NCBI RefSeq assembly: GCF_032062105.1
Contig: NW_026924059.1
Coordinates: forward strand, 124,001-188,000
Source of the DNA: Saccostrea cucullata
Lineage: Eukaryota
Length of the DNA stretch: 64,000 bases
Direction: 5' to 3'
The notes beneath the pieces were generated by a model, which was given only the letters and a program-made list of their open reading frames with translations, was not told where the DNA came from and did not search any database. Shown here one piece after another: positions 51,920-63,580 of the stretch (position 1 is its first letter; each line of letters starts with the position of its first letter). A program made the position numbers and the translations under genes.

Positions 51920-52700
51920 TATGCTTGAAACACTATCACCCCACGTTGCTGTCACTAAGTTTAAACCATGTATAAGGGTTATGGAAGCGACTGGTGAAAT
52001 GTTTAGCCTTATGTTTATGTATATATTTTGTATATGTACATATTCACAACCTTTCGTCAAAACTTTTTTAAAACTGAAAAATAGAGACTTGATATTTGAT
52101 ATGCTTACTCCACTATTTAAACTCTTTCAAATGATACCAGGGTCATTGACCTAGTGACCTTGACTGTAATATGTAATATATGCTAAAAATAGCATTTTTG
52201 TCTGCAAACGTTAACCTTCGTCATAACTTTTAAAATTTGAAAGACAGAGACTTCGTATTTGGTATGCATAGTCGACGAATAAAGTTCTAAAAAATGACAC
52301 ACAGGTCAGTGACCTTGAGACCTTGACTATGACCTATATGCTAGAAAAGCATTTTTGAACCTTCGCCATTACTTCTGAACCATGAGAGATAGATACTTCA
52401 TATTTGGTATGCATACTCCACTAATTTCTAAGTTATTTTAAATCACACAAAGGCTAATGACCTTGTGTCTTTGACTGTGACCTATATGCTAAAAATAGCT
52501 TTTTCTTATCTTCACTATTACTAATGAATCATAAGAGATACAGACTTCATATTGGGTATGCATACTCCACTAATCCAGTTCTTTCAAATGACACAAAGGT
52601 CAATGTCATTGTGACCTTGACTGTGAATTATATGCTAAAATAGCTCTTCTCAAACTTTGTTGCCGCTGGATGCATAGTGTTTCACTAACACATCTTGTTT
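51920..52700 (-). mobile_element. HINE-type element with a ~150-160-bp tandem array
   Basis: About four units of GACCTTGACTGTGACCTATATGCTAAAAATAGC...AGACTTCATATTTGGTATGCATACTCCACT. The reverse strand begins AAACAAGATGTGTTAGTGAAACACTATGC. Confidence 0.75.
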
Positions 52701-52792
52701 TCATTGTTGTGTCGCTTACAAATTTACTGTAGTATTATCTTAAGTAAAATTAAAGACCGATTTCAACTTTATAATTAGGACTTAACATACAC

Positions 52793-53491
52793 CACAGGCA
52801 CTTGTTTCGTATACGGGATACCCCCTACATGTAATTATATTTACCACAAGGTACTTAACTCATTTTCAGGCAATCTAATCAAACTTTGTTATTTTTGTTA
52901 ATAAATCAATCATTAATCTACTTTAAAATGACATCGTTCGCTTTAAGGGACCTTTTTCTTGCCACGCGGGTATGTTAAGGAAGCATATAAATAATTTCTC
53001 GGGAAATTTAGACTTTTTGAAGAAAATTTAGTTTAATAAATTACCAAAACCACTGATAAACGTAAACTGTTATTTACTTTTGCATAGAGATAAAAGCGTG
53101 TCTAACGCGAAGAAGTGCATCACCGCCACGGAATCACGTGACTTCTATTAATAGCAAAATTTTCCTGAAAATCTATAACCACAACAGAGTTTGAGTAAAT
53201 TTCTTTGAGATGTCTAATATACTTTGAAAAACAGGTAATTTTTTAGGAAAAATGAGTAGTTTACAAACGTAAAATATTTATTCCACACATTCGCACGAAA
53301 CCTTACCTGAAACAATTTAATTTTAACAAGAATAGAGTCTTTTGAAGCAACCATGATATGATTTTAAAGTACTTTAAATGATTAATATATTAACAAACTT
53401 TCGAATCTGTACAAATAGTATGTTTTGAAATATGAGCTTAAAGTACCTTGTGGTAAATATAAGTAGGGGCATCCCGTATACGAAACAAGTG
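52793..53491. mobile_element. Non-autonomous TIR DNA transposon (~700 bp), superfamily uncertain
   Basis: ~60-bp imperfect TIRs CACTTGTTTCGTATACGGGATACCCCCTAC..ATATTTACCACAAGGTACTT / AAGTACCTTGTGGTAAATAT..GTAGGGGCATCCCGTATACGAAACAAGTG. Flanking direct repeat TAACATACAC at 52783-52792 and 53492-53501. Confidence 0.8.
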
Positions 53492-53532
53492 TAACATACA
53501 CACATAGTTTTGTAAATATTTATATAATGAAT

Positions 53533-54868
53533 TTGTCAGCAATTGCAATTTATCATGAATTTAATCATGTGCTAATTGACGTTTTCATACTCATTTAGTT
53601 GATACGTCATTATTTATATTTGAATTGTCTTCGATTTTTTTTAACATTTGACCTGTCATGAGAAGTAGCACACAACGGATGTGACTGGTTGAGAAGAAAT
53701 TTTAACTCTTTGATGGGAGCTCAACGTACCCCAAATATTATCAATGGTCCATGTTCCCTCTGCTCCCGATTTGTATTTTAAATATAGACTTTTGGAATGT
53801 TTTAAAGTTGAAGGATTTTTTTTCTGTTTATCGCCATATGTTTTATTGAACAACTTTGTACTTAAATATAACACACAAAAGTTAAAGTCCAGTACCAATA
53901 AAACATATTTCCATTTTATCATAACACAAAGTCGATTTCCATAAAGCGTGTATCATTATACATTTTCAACTTTAATATTTTTTTTGGCCTCTTTACCGTA
54001 TCTTAAACATGATTTTATTAAAGAAAAAAACATAATGGTCAATAGTGTGTGCTCCGTAGGACGAAACAGCAATAATCCGTTCTTCGCAAATCCCTGAAAA
54101 ATGTTTCAATAGATAATTGTGATACCGCCTAGAAGTTGCCTGGTAGTTGTCCACTGGTTTTATTCCTGTACATGTACTACATTACCACTGATTTAATGCC
54201 TGTACTACAGGTACTGTGACTTTTGGTCGTCACAAATATGCGACATAATCTTGCAATAGTCGTGCGGTGTCTGATGGAATTAGAAAGGTATATATTGAGA
54301 TTGGGGCGTTTGCAATTGCATTTTTGTAGTAATTAATTTTTTCAAACAAGACCTTGTTGTTTGACCATCCGTACCTTGAAAATCTGAATTAGTATATCTT
54401 TGTAACATACTTATTTCCATTTATGGTTATTATTATCTTATATTTTCTAAGCTGTTTTAAAATGTCGTAAAATACATAAATACGAGCATTTTGATGATAT
54501 TCAATGATTTTAAAGAAAAATCCTCTGTTTTTAACTCAAATGTCTTGATATGTTTTGAGGATGTTTGTGTCCGCAGGAGTCATTCAATCATAGTTATGGG
54601 AAAATTCCATACTAATTGAAGAACGTTTCGTGTGACCTAAATACCCGAGGTCCCATGACCTGGTCCAGGTTCAGAGGATGGAGATCCTTCTCCTTATCAT
54701 GTAAACAACATGCATAGAGTCAAAATTTGTAGCAGATGTTTTAATCTGAGCACAAAATTCTAGACTGTGCTATTAAACAACAATCAATAAATCAGTCAAT
54801 TTTTTTTAATAAACATATGATATAAAACCTTTTTCTCAAATAAAAGAACAACAATTAAAGATTTTTTG
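53533..54868 (+). repeat. Copy 2 of the diverged local direct duplication
   Basis: Same colinear blocks as 46049-47575, including the embedded Naiad 3' motif and SINE 3' fragment. Confidence 0.85.
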
Positions 54869-55303
54869 TTACAAAAGAGAGATCAATTAAGTACCAAAAT
54901 GTACATGCAATAATACGAAAATATTTGAATTTATATTCTTTAAACAATACACGAAATTAAACTCAGATGATTCTTAATAAAATATAACAGAATTAAAAAA
55001 GGATAGGATTGAACAGGTGTAATGTATGACTAATGATATATAAATGTGTAATATTTTAAAAAATGAATAATAACATTCTCAATTCTATTTGCATGTAGCA
55101 CGATAGCTATCAAAACGGTTTCAAATGATGTATGATAAACAGCTTAGAACTGCCAAATAAGAGTTGAATTCGAAAACTGAGGAACTGGAAAAAATAAAGT
55201 TAAATATCTGTTAATGTTATCAAAAAATTAAATGTAGCATATTTTTGTTTTGTAAATTTTGTTCTTAGATGCTACTCCCAATAATAAAAAACTCCAAATA
55301 AAT

Positions 55304-55790
55304 AAACTAGAGGTACTGTGATCAGTGAGCTCATTAAATACCCACCTCCGTCTCGCATCTGATTATAATTCCCCTTACTATTTTTACCACAAGGTATCCT
55401 TTTCAATTTCTGGCACCGGCCCCGCTTCAAGCTCGTATTTTGCTAATATATCAATCATTTAATCTACTTTCAAATGACATTGTTCCCTTCAACAAACTTT
55501 TTCTTGTCAAACAAATCATTTCAGACGTCTCTGGTCGAACATTTTTATAGTTAACCACTCATTTATTCATCAAAACACACTAATAGACTTTAGATGGGAT
55601 ACAACTTCCGGTTGGGGTAGGATAAAACAAGAGACTTCCGAGTATTCCATTCCGATATCTCTAGTTTTATCCTTCATTTATAACCAAAACTGGAAATTTT
55701 TATCACATCTACAGTCTTTAAGAAAATATATCGAGGTAATTTTTGAGGAATAAATGAGTAGTTTACAAAATAAAATTGAATAACTGTTAA
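55304..55790 (+). mobile_element. HINE-like 5' end fused to sequence similar to the interior of the 52793-53491 TIR element
   Basis: Starts AAACTAGAGGTACTGTGATCAGTGAGCTCATT. Blocks TTACCACAAGGTA, ATCAATCATTTAATCTACTTTCAAATGACAT and AGGTAATTTTT..GAATAAATGAGTAGTTTACAAA are shared with 52841-53270. Confidence 0.6.
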
Positions 55791-56472
55791 TATATCAAGA
55801 AAAAAAGTGCATTTTTTTGATCCTAATATAGAAAACTATAACATAAAAAACAAGAAAACATTGATGTAACCATCAAATGTCGCCCGGGAAATATATAAAG
55901 TAAACAATGAAAATGAGTCTTGATCAACAAACTGCTTCAATATGAGTAAAAAGGCATGCGTCTAATTGATGGAGACGATAGTCGCAATATTTTGAAAACT
56001 TGTAGTCGGATAAAAATCAATCATAAACGATACCATTTTAAACTTGATCAATTCGTCAAGTAAATGTTGGCTGCATAAAATATAAATTGAAGTTAGACAC
56101 AAGCATCATTTATATTTAAAAATGTTTTATTTCAATTTTAGAATATAAAACATGAACTGTGCAAAGTACGTTTTCATCCGAGAAGTAAAATTCGATGTTC
56201 TAAAAAAGGGGACCTGTCGTTTTTTTGATAGTAAATGATGAACAACTTTATATATTAAAAATGAAAAACATATATATTTTTACAGATTCACTTTATGGTA
56301 GTAAAGATATTATGTTTCTCGTAATTTATAAACGGAAAGAACATTCTGATTAACAATCTTTTCAATGTTTAGAAAACCTTTAATTCTACATAACTACTCC
56401 CATTGAAATCCCCATACACCAACACTTAAACTTATATGAGCGGTCCTCCGGGCTGCAATAAAGTTAAACAGA

Positions 56473-56666
56473 TTAACTTTCATCATGACAGGTTGTACTG
56501 TTGAACTGACACTTTTTACGTGTGTCGTCCCATTTCAGGAGTCCGTCCTCAAACTTTGCACATGTTTTATTAACGGTGATGTTATTTGAACAGGACACAA
56601 ACCCAAAGCAGGTAAAACAAGATTGGTAATCTCCGTCTATTACAGCCGTACAATCACTCACACATT
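56473..56666 (-). CDS. Terminal coding exon: Cys-rich chitin-binding type-2 (peritrophin-A/CBM14-like) domain
   Basis: Acceptor cttctcatgCAG|AA, phase 1. Encodes (E)CVSDCTAVIDGDYQSCFTCFGFVSCSNNITVNKTCAKFEDGLLKWDDTRKKCQFNSTTCHDES*. Eight Cys with GDYQSC..C..(F/Y)..C and L.WDD...C patterns, as I recall from mollusc chitin-binding repeats. Confidence 0.8.
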
Positions 56667-56762
56667 CTGCATGAGAAGCAAAGAATCTGGTTATAAAAGG
56701 ATATATTTCTCTATTTTAAGCAAAATACAAGTATATGAGAAATACGAACTTATTTGTCTTAC

Positions 56763-56828
56763 CAGTTTTGGGGGAAGGTATCAAATATTCCTTTATGACT
56801 TTGATTATGGTCGCTGTGTTCGAAATGT
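56763..56828 (-). CDS. Internal coding exon (stalk) of the chitin-binding membrane protein gene
   Basis: 66 nt, phase 1-1. Acceptor ttttaaAAG|, donor G|GTAAGA. Reads (D)ISNTATIIKVIKEYLIPSPKT and joins both neighbouring exons in frame. Confidence 0.75.
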
Positions 56829-57942
56829 CTTTTAAAAAAAAGAAAACCAATTAAACAAAAAAGTTTATTATATTGTACCTATGAGATGAGAATACGCTTG
56901 ACGTTTTCTTACTAATACCAATGTATTACAAACACTCACAGTGTACAATGTAAGTCTGTGGTCAAAATCGTCAAGTGGTGATCTTACCTTTTTTAAAGAT
57001 AAGACTTGTCTAATGATATATAATATGTTATGTTGAATTTTTTTTTATTTTTAAGTGGATTGAAAATCATACTCATATTAAAAGCATATCCTTTTTCTGA
57101 AGTATTATATTTATATAGAAAGATGTACTGCTTATTTCTTGAATAAATGTGCTTCTATAAACCATTTCTAACATCCAAAGCGTTAGAGTGTCATGGGCCG
57201 CATCATTTACCTTCACACTTTCAAATTTAGAGAAAAGCCCATGCCAATAAATATTTTTTAAAGATTAATTTTCACTACATATGTTTTCTATATAGCAAAA
57301 TTAGTATTACCCCTTCCAATATGTGATATGTATAAAAATAAACCACGTGTGTTTAAATGATTAATTCAATTACATATAAGACTCTTTGTTCTTCTGAAGA
57401 TTTCTGAAGATTTTTGAAGATATTTTCCGTATTTAACCACCTGTACTTATATGACCTATCGCAGCATTGCTGATCTTAAGATATATTTAAAAGATATTTA
57501 TTTCATATTCCTACGTGTACCTTCAACCTCCTATTGTGGTCCAACCCATTATTTGAACAAAATTCAAAACAACCTACATGAGGTTATTTTTTGAAAATAT
57601 TACTAATCAATGTTTTGTTTATCTTGATAATATATTTCCTGAATATTTCTATGTATATTTCTATGCTGTGTCCTCTGTTAGAGTAAAGAAATGAACATAT
57701 TTGAATCAACATTCTTGGAGAGAAACAAAAATGTGAAAAGTTCACAGACAATGACAGACTCAGCACACCTTCTATCAGATAAGCTCTATTGAGCCTTTTG
57801 ATATGGTAAGTAAAATATTCCTTTTCTAGACCATTTCTTTTTATAAAACGTAGTACTACATAAAATTTAAATCCTACCCTGAAAAATCCTCACAAATTTA
57901 ATACACTTACTATTTACATATGTAAAAACACTAAATACGTAC

Positions 57943-58128
57943 CTTTATGTATTTCTGATCGTAGAAATGCAACAGTACTGTTGAGATTTTCTGTTATTTT
58001 TGGTAATTCTGAGAGTTGATCCGTATTAAGGGCACTTAATGCTGCACCAACAGAGACAGCGAGGAAAAATATCACAATAAGTACAATTCTGCACCACTTT
58101 AGGCCTGGTTTCTGAAAAGTCAATAATC
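57943..58128 (-). CDS. Internal coding exon with a transmembrane/signal-anchor helix, chitin-binding membrane protein gene
   Basis: 186 nt, phase 1-1. Acceptor tatcAAG|, donor AAG|GTACGT. Reads LLTFQKPGLKWCRIVLIVIFFLAVSVGAALSALNTDQLSELPKITENLNSTVAFLRSEIHK, with basic residues preceding a ~20-aa hydrophobic stretch. Confidence 0.75.
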
Positions 58129-58284
58129 CTTGATATCATACGAAAAAGAGAATATGAGCGAAAAACCTAATTAATTAAACGTCTAAATTATGCAGAATTT
58201 TAGATTGATGATTCTGAAAAAAAATGATACAGAAATTATTCAGTAGATTAGCTCTATGGCAACAATGCAACAATGCCTACAAAT

Positions 58285-58830
58285 CTCATGATCAGTCAAC
58301 AGGGAATGTTCAGTCCTGCATGGCACCTGACCCCTCTAATGTTTAGAGGTCTGGTTTTTACTCTGCTCCTGATTTAATTTGTTGGAATGGACTTTTGAGC
58401 TTAAACACTATTCATTATCACAATATTTCATGTCAAGATTATGGTCGTTGACTTTATAGTTGCAAGTAACATTTGAAATCAATGTCTTTTCAAAACATGT
58501 GATTGGCCATCAGCAAAAATATGCGTTTAGATTGTAAACACAAGTTCTCTGAAGTTGAGATCCAATTCTACCACACTTATCAGCCATTTAATTAATAATT
58601 ATTCGGAACTGGTCAAACAACAGTTGCAAAACTTAAGCCCTTGCTTTCTTTTATTTTTACTGAAATTGACTGTGGAATGTTCCGACGACCTGATCAATAC
58701 ATAGGGCCCATGGGAGGTGTGACCGGTAAACAGGGATTGCTTACTTCTCCTAAGCACGTGATTCAATCTCTGGATTTTCATAGGGTCTGTGTTTTATGCC
58801 TCTTTCACATATTTGTGTTGTTTATAGATT
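58285..58830 (+). repeat. Two solo Naiad 3' motif copies (58290-58430, 58660-58830)
   Basis: CAGGGAATGTTCAGTCCTGCATGGCACCTGACCCCTCTAATGTTTAGAGGTC and GGAGGTGTGACCGGTAAACAGGGATTGCTTACTTCTCCTAAGCACGTGATTC match 48085-48160. Confidence 0.7.
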
Positions 58831-58949
58831 TTCTTGAAATATTTCTCAGAAGTTAATTTTTAAAAATATTATAGTTTCTGATCGACAATATAAATTAAGT
58901 TTTTAGATTCAGATCTTCCAAGAGCCTGTCAAAATTTCCAATCCTGCCA

Positions 58950-59530
58950 CGGATAATGCAGACATATTTTTATATTCATATAAAGCAGAATGAATTCCTT
59001 CAAAAAGAAAACGTGTACATAAGAAGAAAAGGTTTCTAAGCTGTGACGTTTAATTCAACAATTTCATATATCGACGGCGTCTTATCTTTAAATATTATTT
59101 TCAATATTCGATATATCCCCTTGGTATTGATATGATAGATACCACAGATTCCGGCTCATATGTTTCATAATTTTTCTATCGTCATCTTTCCTGAATTGTG
59201 TAGCAATATAAGATTATCATCTGCATATGCAGTGATGTGATTACTCGTAAGACTGTTTTTTACAGTCTGACTTGTAAACGAATTTTTACCCTAGGAACAA
59301 ACGGCGGTTGTGACGGTCGACAAGAGATGCTCACTCCTTCTTGGGACCTGATCCCACCTCTGATGTTTTAGAGGTCCTCGTTTGCTCTGCTCTAAAATTT
59401 GTATTGTTTAATGGACTATTGAGCTTGCATACTGCTCGTTATCTTCATATATTTTTTTACTCCTCCATGTCATCTGAATCCACCTCTAATGTTTTAAAGG
59501 TACCTGTTTACTCCGATCTCGATTTGTATT
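58950..59530 (+). mobile_element. Decayed Naiad-type PLE fragment (RT core plus 3' motif)
   Basis: ADIFLYSYKAE (~58958), AVTFNST..YIDGVLSL (~59040), DTTDS, then the 3' motif at 59295-59450 with a partial repeat at 59455-59530. Confidence 0.7.
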
Positions 59531-59614
59531 GATTGAATAGCCTTTTGAGCTTGCAATTGAGACTTACGAGATTATAATTACTTTTCGTTATATTCTTAGT
59601 TCATTTATAATATT

Positions 59615-59900
59615 TGGTCGGAGTGCTGTAAGTTCGAACCTCGGCCGCGTCGGACCAAAGTCGATATAAAATAGGAAACAAATTTTCTTCGCCAAGGGCT
59701 TGCCAACTTAAGTGAAAGTTACAGATCCTTCGGATAAGACATTAAAAGCGATATCTTTTTCACTACAGGCGTAGGTACGATGAAGATCCTTACCTGCTCA
59801 ATGACACTGAGGGCCGGGTAAATGTATAAATTTAAACCCGTCCACGGCATATCAGTTAAGAATTCTCGAATTGGATGTTAAACAACAAACAGTTTATCAA
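59615..59900 (+). mobile_element. tRNA-derived Meta-type SINE (degenerate)
   Basis: B-box GTTCGAACC, GGATAAGAC core, GGTACGATGAAGATCC..CCTGCTCAATG and GTTAAACAAC tail. Further 3' SINE fragments lie at 43205-43375 (-), 47325-47500 (+), 54620-54800 (+) and 61348-61412 (+). Confidence 0.68.
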
Positions 59901-60113
59901 TTAATCATACTAATTGATAAGCCCTTTTATTCACTGAATTGTCAATCATTTTCCCGTTTGTTCGATCTTGATGAGGAGCACGTGAAAGGTGTGACCGGTC
60001 GATAGGAGATGCTTACTCCTCCACAACACCTGTTCCCACTCCTGACGTTTTGAGAGGACTCTTTTGCTTTATGCTTCCGCATTCTTAAATTGTTTCCATG
60101 CATAAATACTTTC

Positions 60114-60433
60114 GTATGGGCGGCGGAAAGGGTAAAAAAGACGTAAATGCAAAAGTAACAAATGATTTCAAAAACATACTGAAATACAAAACAGACCAGC
60201 TTAAAACAAAATCAACAGACTCGTTTGCAAAATCAACAGACTCCGATGCAAAACCAATAGGCATTCACTGAATTGACCTTAGACGGCGTGCAAAAAAACA
60301 GACATTACCTGAATTAAAACTAGTTGGCGCGCGTTTTTCTCCGTCATCATTTTATGTGTACTTTCATAGGAACGTAAATCCCGAGAAATTTACGTTTACG
60401 TTTACTCCTTTTCACCCTTTCCGCCGCCCATAC
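60114..60433. mobile_element. MITE (320 bp)
   Basis: 20-bp perfect TIRs GTATGGGCGGCGGAAAGGGT / ACCCTTTCCGCCGCCCATAC. Inserted just after a Naiad 3' motif copy (59935-60075). Confidence 0.8.
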
Positions 60434-60677
60434 TTTTGATGCTTGAGAACAGTTCATTTTATCCTCAATACTAGTATATCATGTAATAAAGTCAAACACC
60501 TTTATTAAATGATGCTTTCTGGCAACTTTAGCTGTAATTGAGGAAATATGTTGAGAAGAAAATCAAAATGCTAAAGGTTTACAACGTCAACGAAATCGAC
60601 GTCGTAGGGTCGACGATGACGAGAAATAAAAGAAGAAAAAAATAAGAAAAACACATTTGAGACTTTTCGGTAAATAC

Positions 60678-61493
60678 CTTATTAACGAGTATCGGTTCAT
60701 CTTGATCATCTAGTTCTGTTGACTCACTTTTTTCACTTTTGTCCTCTGGTATCTAAATACATGTATTTGAATGCTGAATTTTATGAATATAATTGTGATT
60801 CGAAAAGCATTAAATTAATGAAGACATAGATCATTATTTCAGGTATTTTTTTACCATATCTTTTTTGATACCTTTTATTTTGTTAAAAAAGCAACTCAAA
60901 TATATTTCAATTATTGTTGCAATTTTAAGATACTTGGCAGTAGATGTTCAATGTTATACCTGGGTATTTATTTTGAGGCCCAGTTTTACCAGGTATATGA
61001 TCGAAACTGTTCTAGAAGGCTTTACTTTAGTCGGAAAGTTATGAATCATTTAATTAAATATAAATAAATCATTTATTGTTGATAAGAAATGAATGAAATA
61101 CTTACATCATCCTCAAGATATTGAAAAAACCGTCTTACGTCTCCGATTTTACTTAATATTCTTATTGTCTAAAATTAAAAAATACATTGCTCAAATCTGA
61201 ACTTTGCATTTATTTTGAATGAAAGAGTGATGATATTTTTTTTTTATAATATTAATCGTAAACATACCAATTTTGTATAGATATGATATGTTTGACTTTT
61301 TCCATAACATTATTTTTTGAAAATTTTAATATCCTGTATCTTACTCACGGGGACCGCAGAAATATGGCTGAGATATCGCCGACTCGGCGTTAAACAATAA
61401 AAATCAATCAATTTATCTTACTTACGCGGCCTTTGATTCTACAAGAAATAAAATGATAGGTTGAAGTATATTTTTTATATCTCATCACACCAT
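60678..61493 (-). CDS. Cluster of candidate small upstream exons of the same gene (61493-61426, 61168-61106, 61011-60960, 60871-60855, 60752-60728 or -60678)
   Basis: Each has AG/GT boundaries (donors GTAAGT, GTAAGT, GTATAA, GTAAAA, GTGAGT or GTATTT). Phases chain 1-0, 0-0, 0-1, 1-0, 0-1 into an open frame MRYKKY...KGR/TIRILSKIGDVRRFFQYLEDD/NSFDHIPGKTGPQNKYP/GIKKDM/IPEDKSEK/R-LLTFQ. The model is hand-built and unverified. Confidence 0.4.
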
Positions 61494-62789
61494 CTGTATT
61501 ATTTCTTTTTACAAATTGTAAATTGAATTGTGTTACAATATGTATATACAAAAGTTAGAATTAGATTATCAATTAATTTTGATTTATATTACTAGTAACG
61601 CTGAAGTTGTTCTCGTACCTTACACGTCGTCCAGAATATTTCCAATATCCTTTAGGCTAAACAAAAAGGAAACTCATTTTAAATATAAAACATACGAGCA
61701 AATAACTCAAGTGTCTTCAGAGCATTATTAATCAATAAATATGATTGTCCAAGCACTTCTACTGTCCAAAAACCAATTTACTTAAATGTCCAAGTCATAA
61801 CGAAGTAATTAATTTGTTGATATATTAAAAATCGGTACATTACCAGTGGGCACTAATTATCCCCTTTATAAGCTGATTTTATATATAAAAAAAAATCTCT
61901 TCAAGCATGATAAGGGAAAAAGTCTTGTCGGGGCCTTCATACCAATACATAGATAAACCGATGTCGACGTTCTATGAATTAACAATAGTTACTTGCACTT
62001 CTTTATACAATGGAATACTTTTTTGGTTTTTAGTATGGAAATTAATGTCGAAGCTATTTCAGAAAAAAAACATACATGTACATGTAATTTTTTTTTTGCA
62101 ACAGCTGCGACGTCAATCGCCGTACTAACAACCAAAGAAAGGCATTTTATTGTTCATATTCATATCTGAATAGATAATCATTTAAAATTGGATAAAAAAA
62201 AATTAATTATTGTATTAATGATATATATGTACATGTATTTGTACGATTTATTGATGAACAGTCACTGATCAAGATTTCTGTATAGTGAAACTGTGAAGTT
62301 TCAAGATTTACTTTATAATTTTTCTTGGATGGAGAGTAAATTTACAGTTTGTTTAAAAGGAAAAGAAATAAATACTCATCAAAAAGAAAAAAAAAAAACC
62401 GGAACGCATAGTAGGAACAAAACCCTGAAAAATGTATGATAGTTTTGCCATACCTTTTTTCATATATGGATATGATGCATTCGAGTAAAATGTGTTTTTT
62501 TTAATGCAATTGTTAACTTTACAGCTATTCTATAAATCTCACAGACAAAAAGACCGGATTTTGCAAAATGCCCAAAAAAATTTGATCTCAATTTTCAGTT
62601 GTTGATTTTTGATGCAATTCCTTCAGGCACAAAGGGGCTTTCTGAATCTGGTTTTATCTGAAAATTGACGCTTTCTAAAAATGCGGCATCTGAATGTTGC
62701 ATAGCTCAAAAAGGAAAATGCGGGACTAAAAACAGGTCTACAATTGCAAGAGGTTTTAGTGTTACACACAGCACCATATCTAACCAATA

Positions 62790-63580
62790 AGACACAAACC
62801 ATTAACATGGAACATCCTATGTTCGCAAAAATTGCGGGAGATCACGTGTGGCATCAGCAGCAGAGGATCACTTCAGAGGATTACGTAAATTTCATGAATG
62901 TGAAACAATGACGTCATCTACTGCATAAGCTATCCCGGAATTGCATAGACCATCTAACAAGACCGTTTGCAGTTGACTTCGAATTATTGCAAGAGGATAA
63001 TTCCTGCAATTGTTCCGACCCAACAACACCCCAAATAATGACTTCAAAGATCTCAGATCAATAGAGTATGACCGCAGCATCGCCACTGAACATTTTGGTT
63101 TAACTACTAGTCCAGAATGTTTCTAGGAAAGCCTATTATAAGTTTAAGAGTTTTTAATCCTTCGTAATGAACGTTAGACAGAAAACTGCATGCAGGACGT
63201 TAAAAAATTGGTGGTGGTAGAGTAATGATCTGGAAAATGCTACTACATAAAAGTAAGACTGATTTAGTTCATATTCAAAGGGCTTTGATGGGAAAGGGTA
63301 CTCTAACAATGTTCTACCTGCTTATGCCTATTCAATTTTGCAGCATCCTAGAGCCGTATTTCAATCTGAAAATAGACAGCCACATACGGCTCGTTTTACA
63401 ATCCCATTCCTGCAAAAAGCTACAGCAATCTATCATAGTCATCTTAATCGCCAGATTTAAACCCAATTGAGCAACATTGAACAAAAAGGATTGAAATGAT
63501 TTGCCAAACACAATCGCAACCCCAGACTCTAGCTGCAACAGCTGACCAAAGCAGTTCTACATTTGGAGTGGTAGAGTATT
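62790..63580 (+). pseudogene. Decayed Tc1-family DDE transposase
   Basis: Motif remnants RSRVASAAEDHF (~62840), IPELHRPSNKTVC (~62932), GGGRVMIW (63210), FQSEN..PHTAR (63359; the FQQDNA.PH.AR motif) and SPDLNPIEQH* (63448; the SPDLNPIEH.W motif). Many stops and frameshifts; the ends are approximate. Confidence 0.82.

Noticed and set aside
60500-60532. Extra candidate exon for the minus-strand gene
   Set aside because: It gives a stop or a phase mismatch with the TM exon and abuts a HINE remnant.
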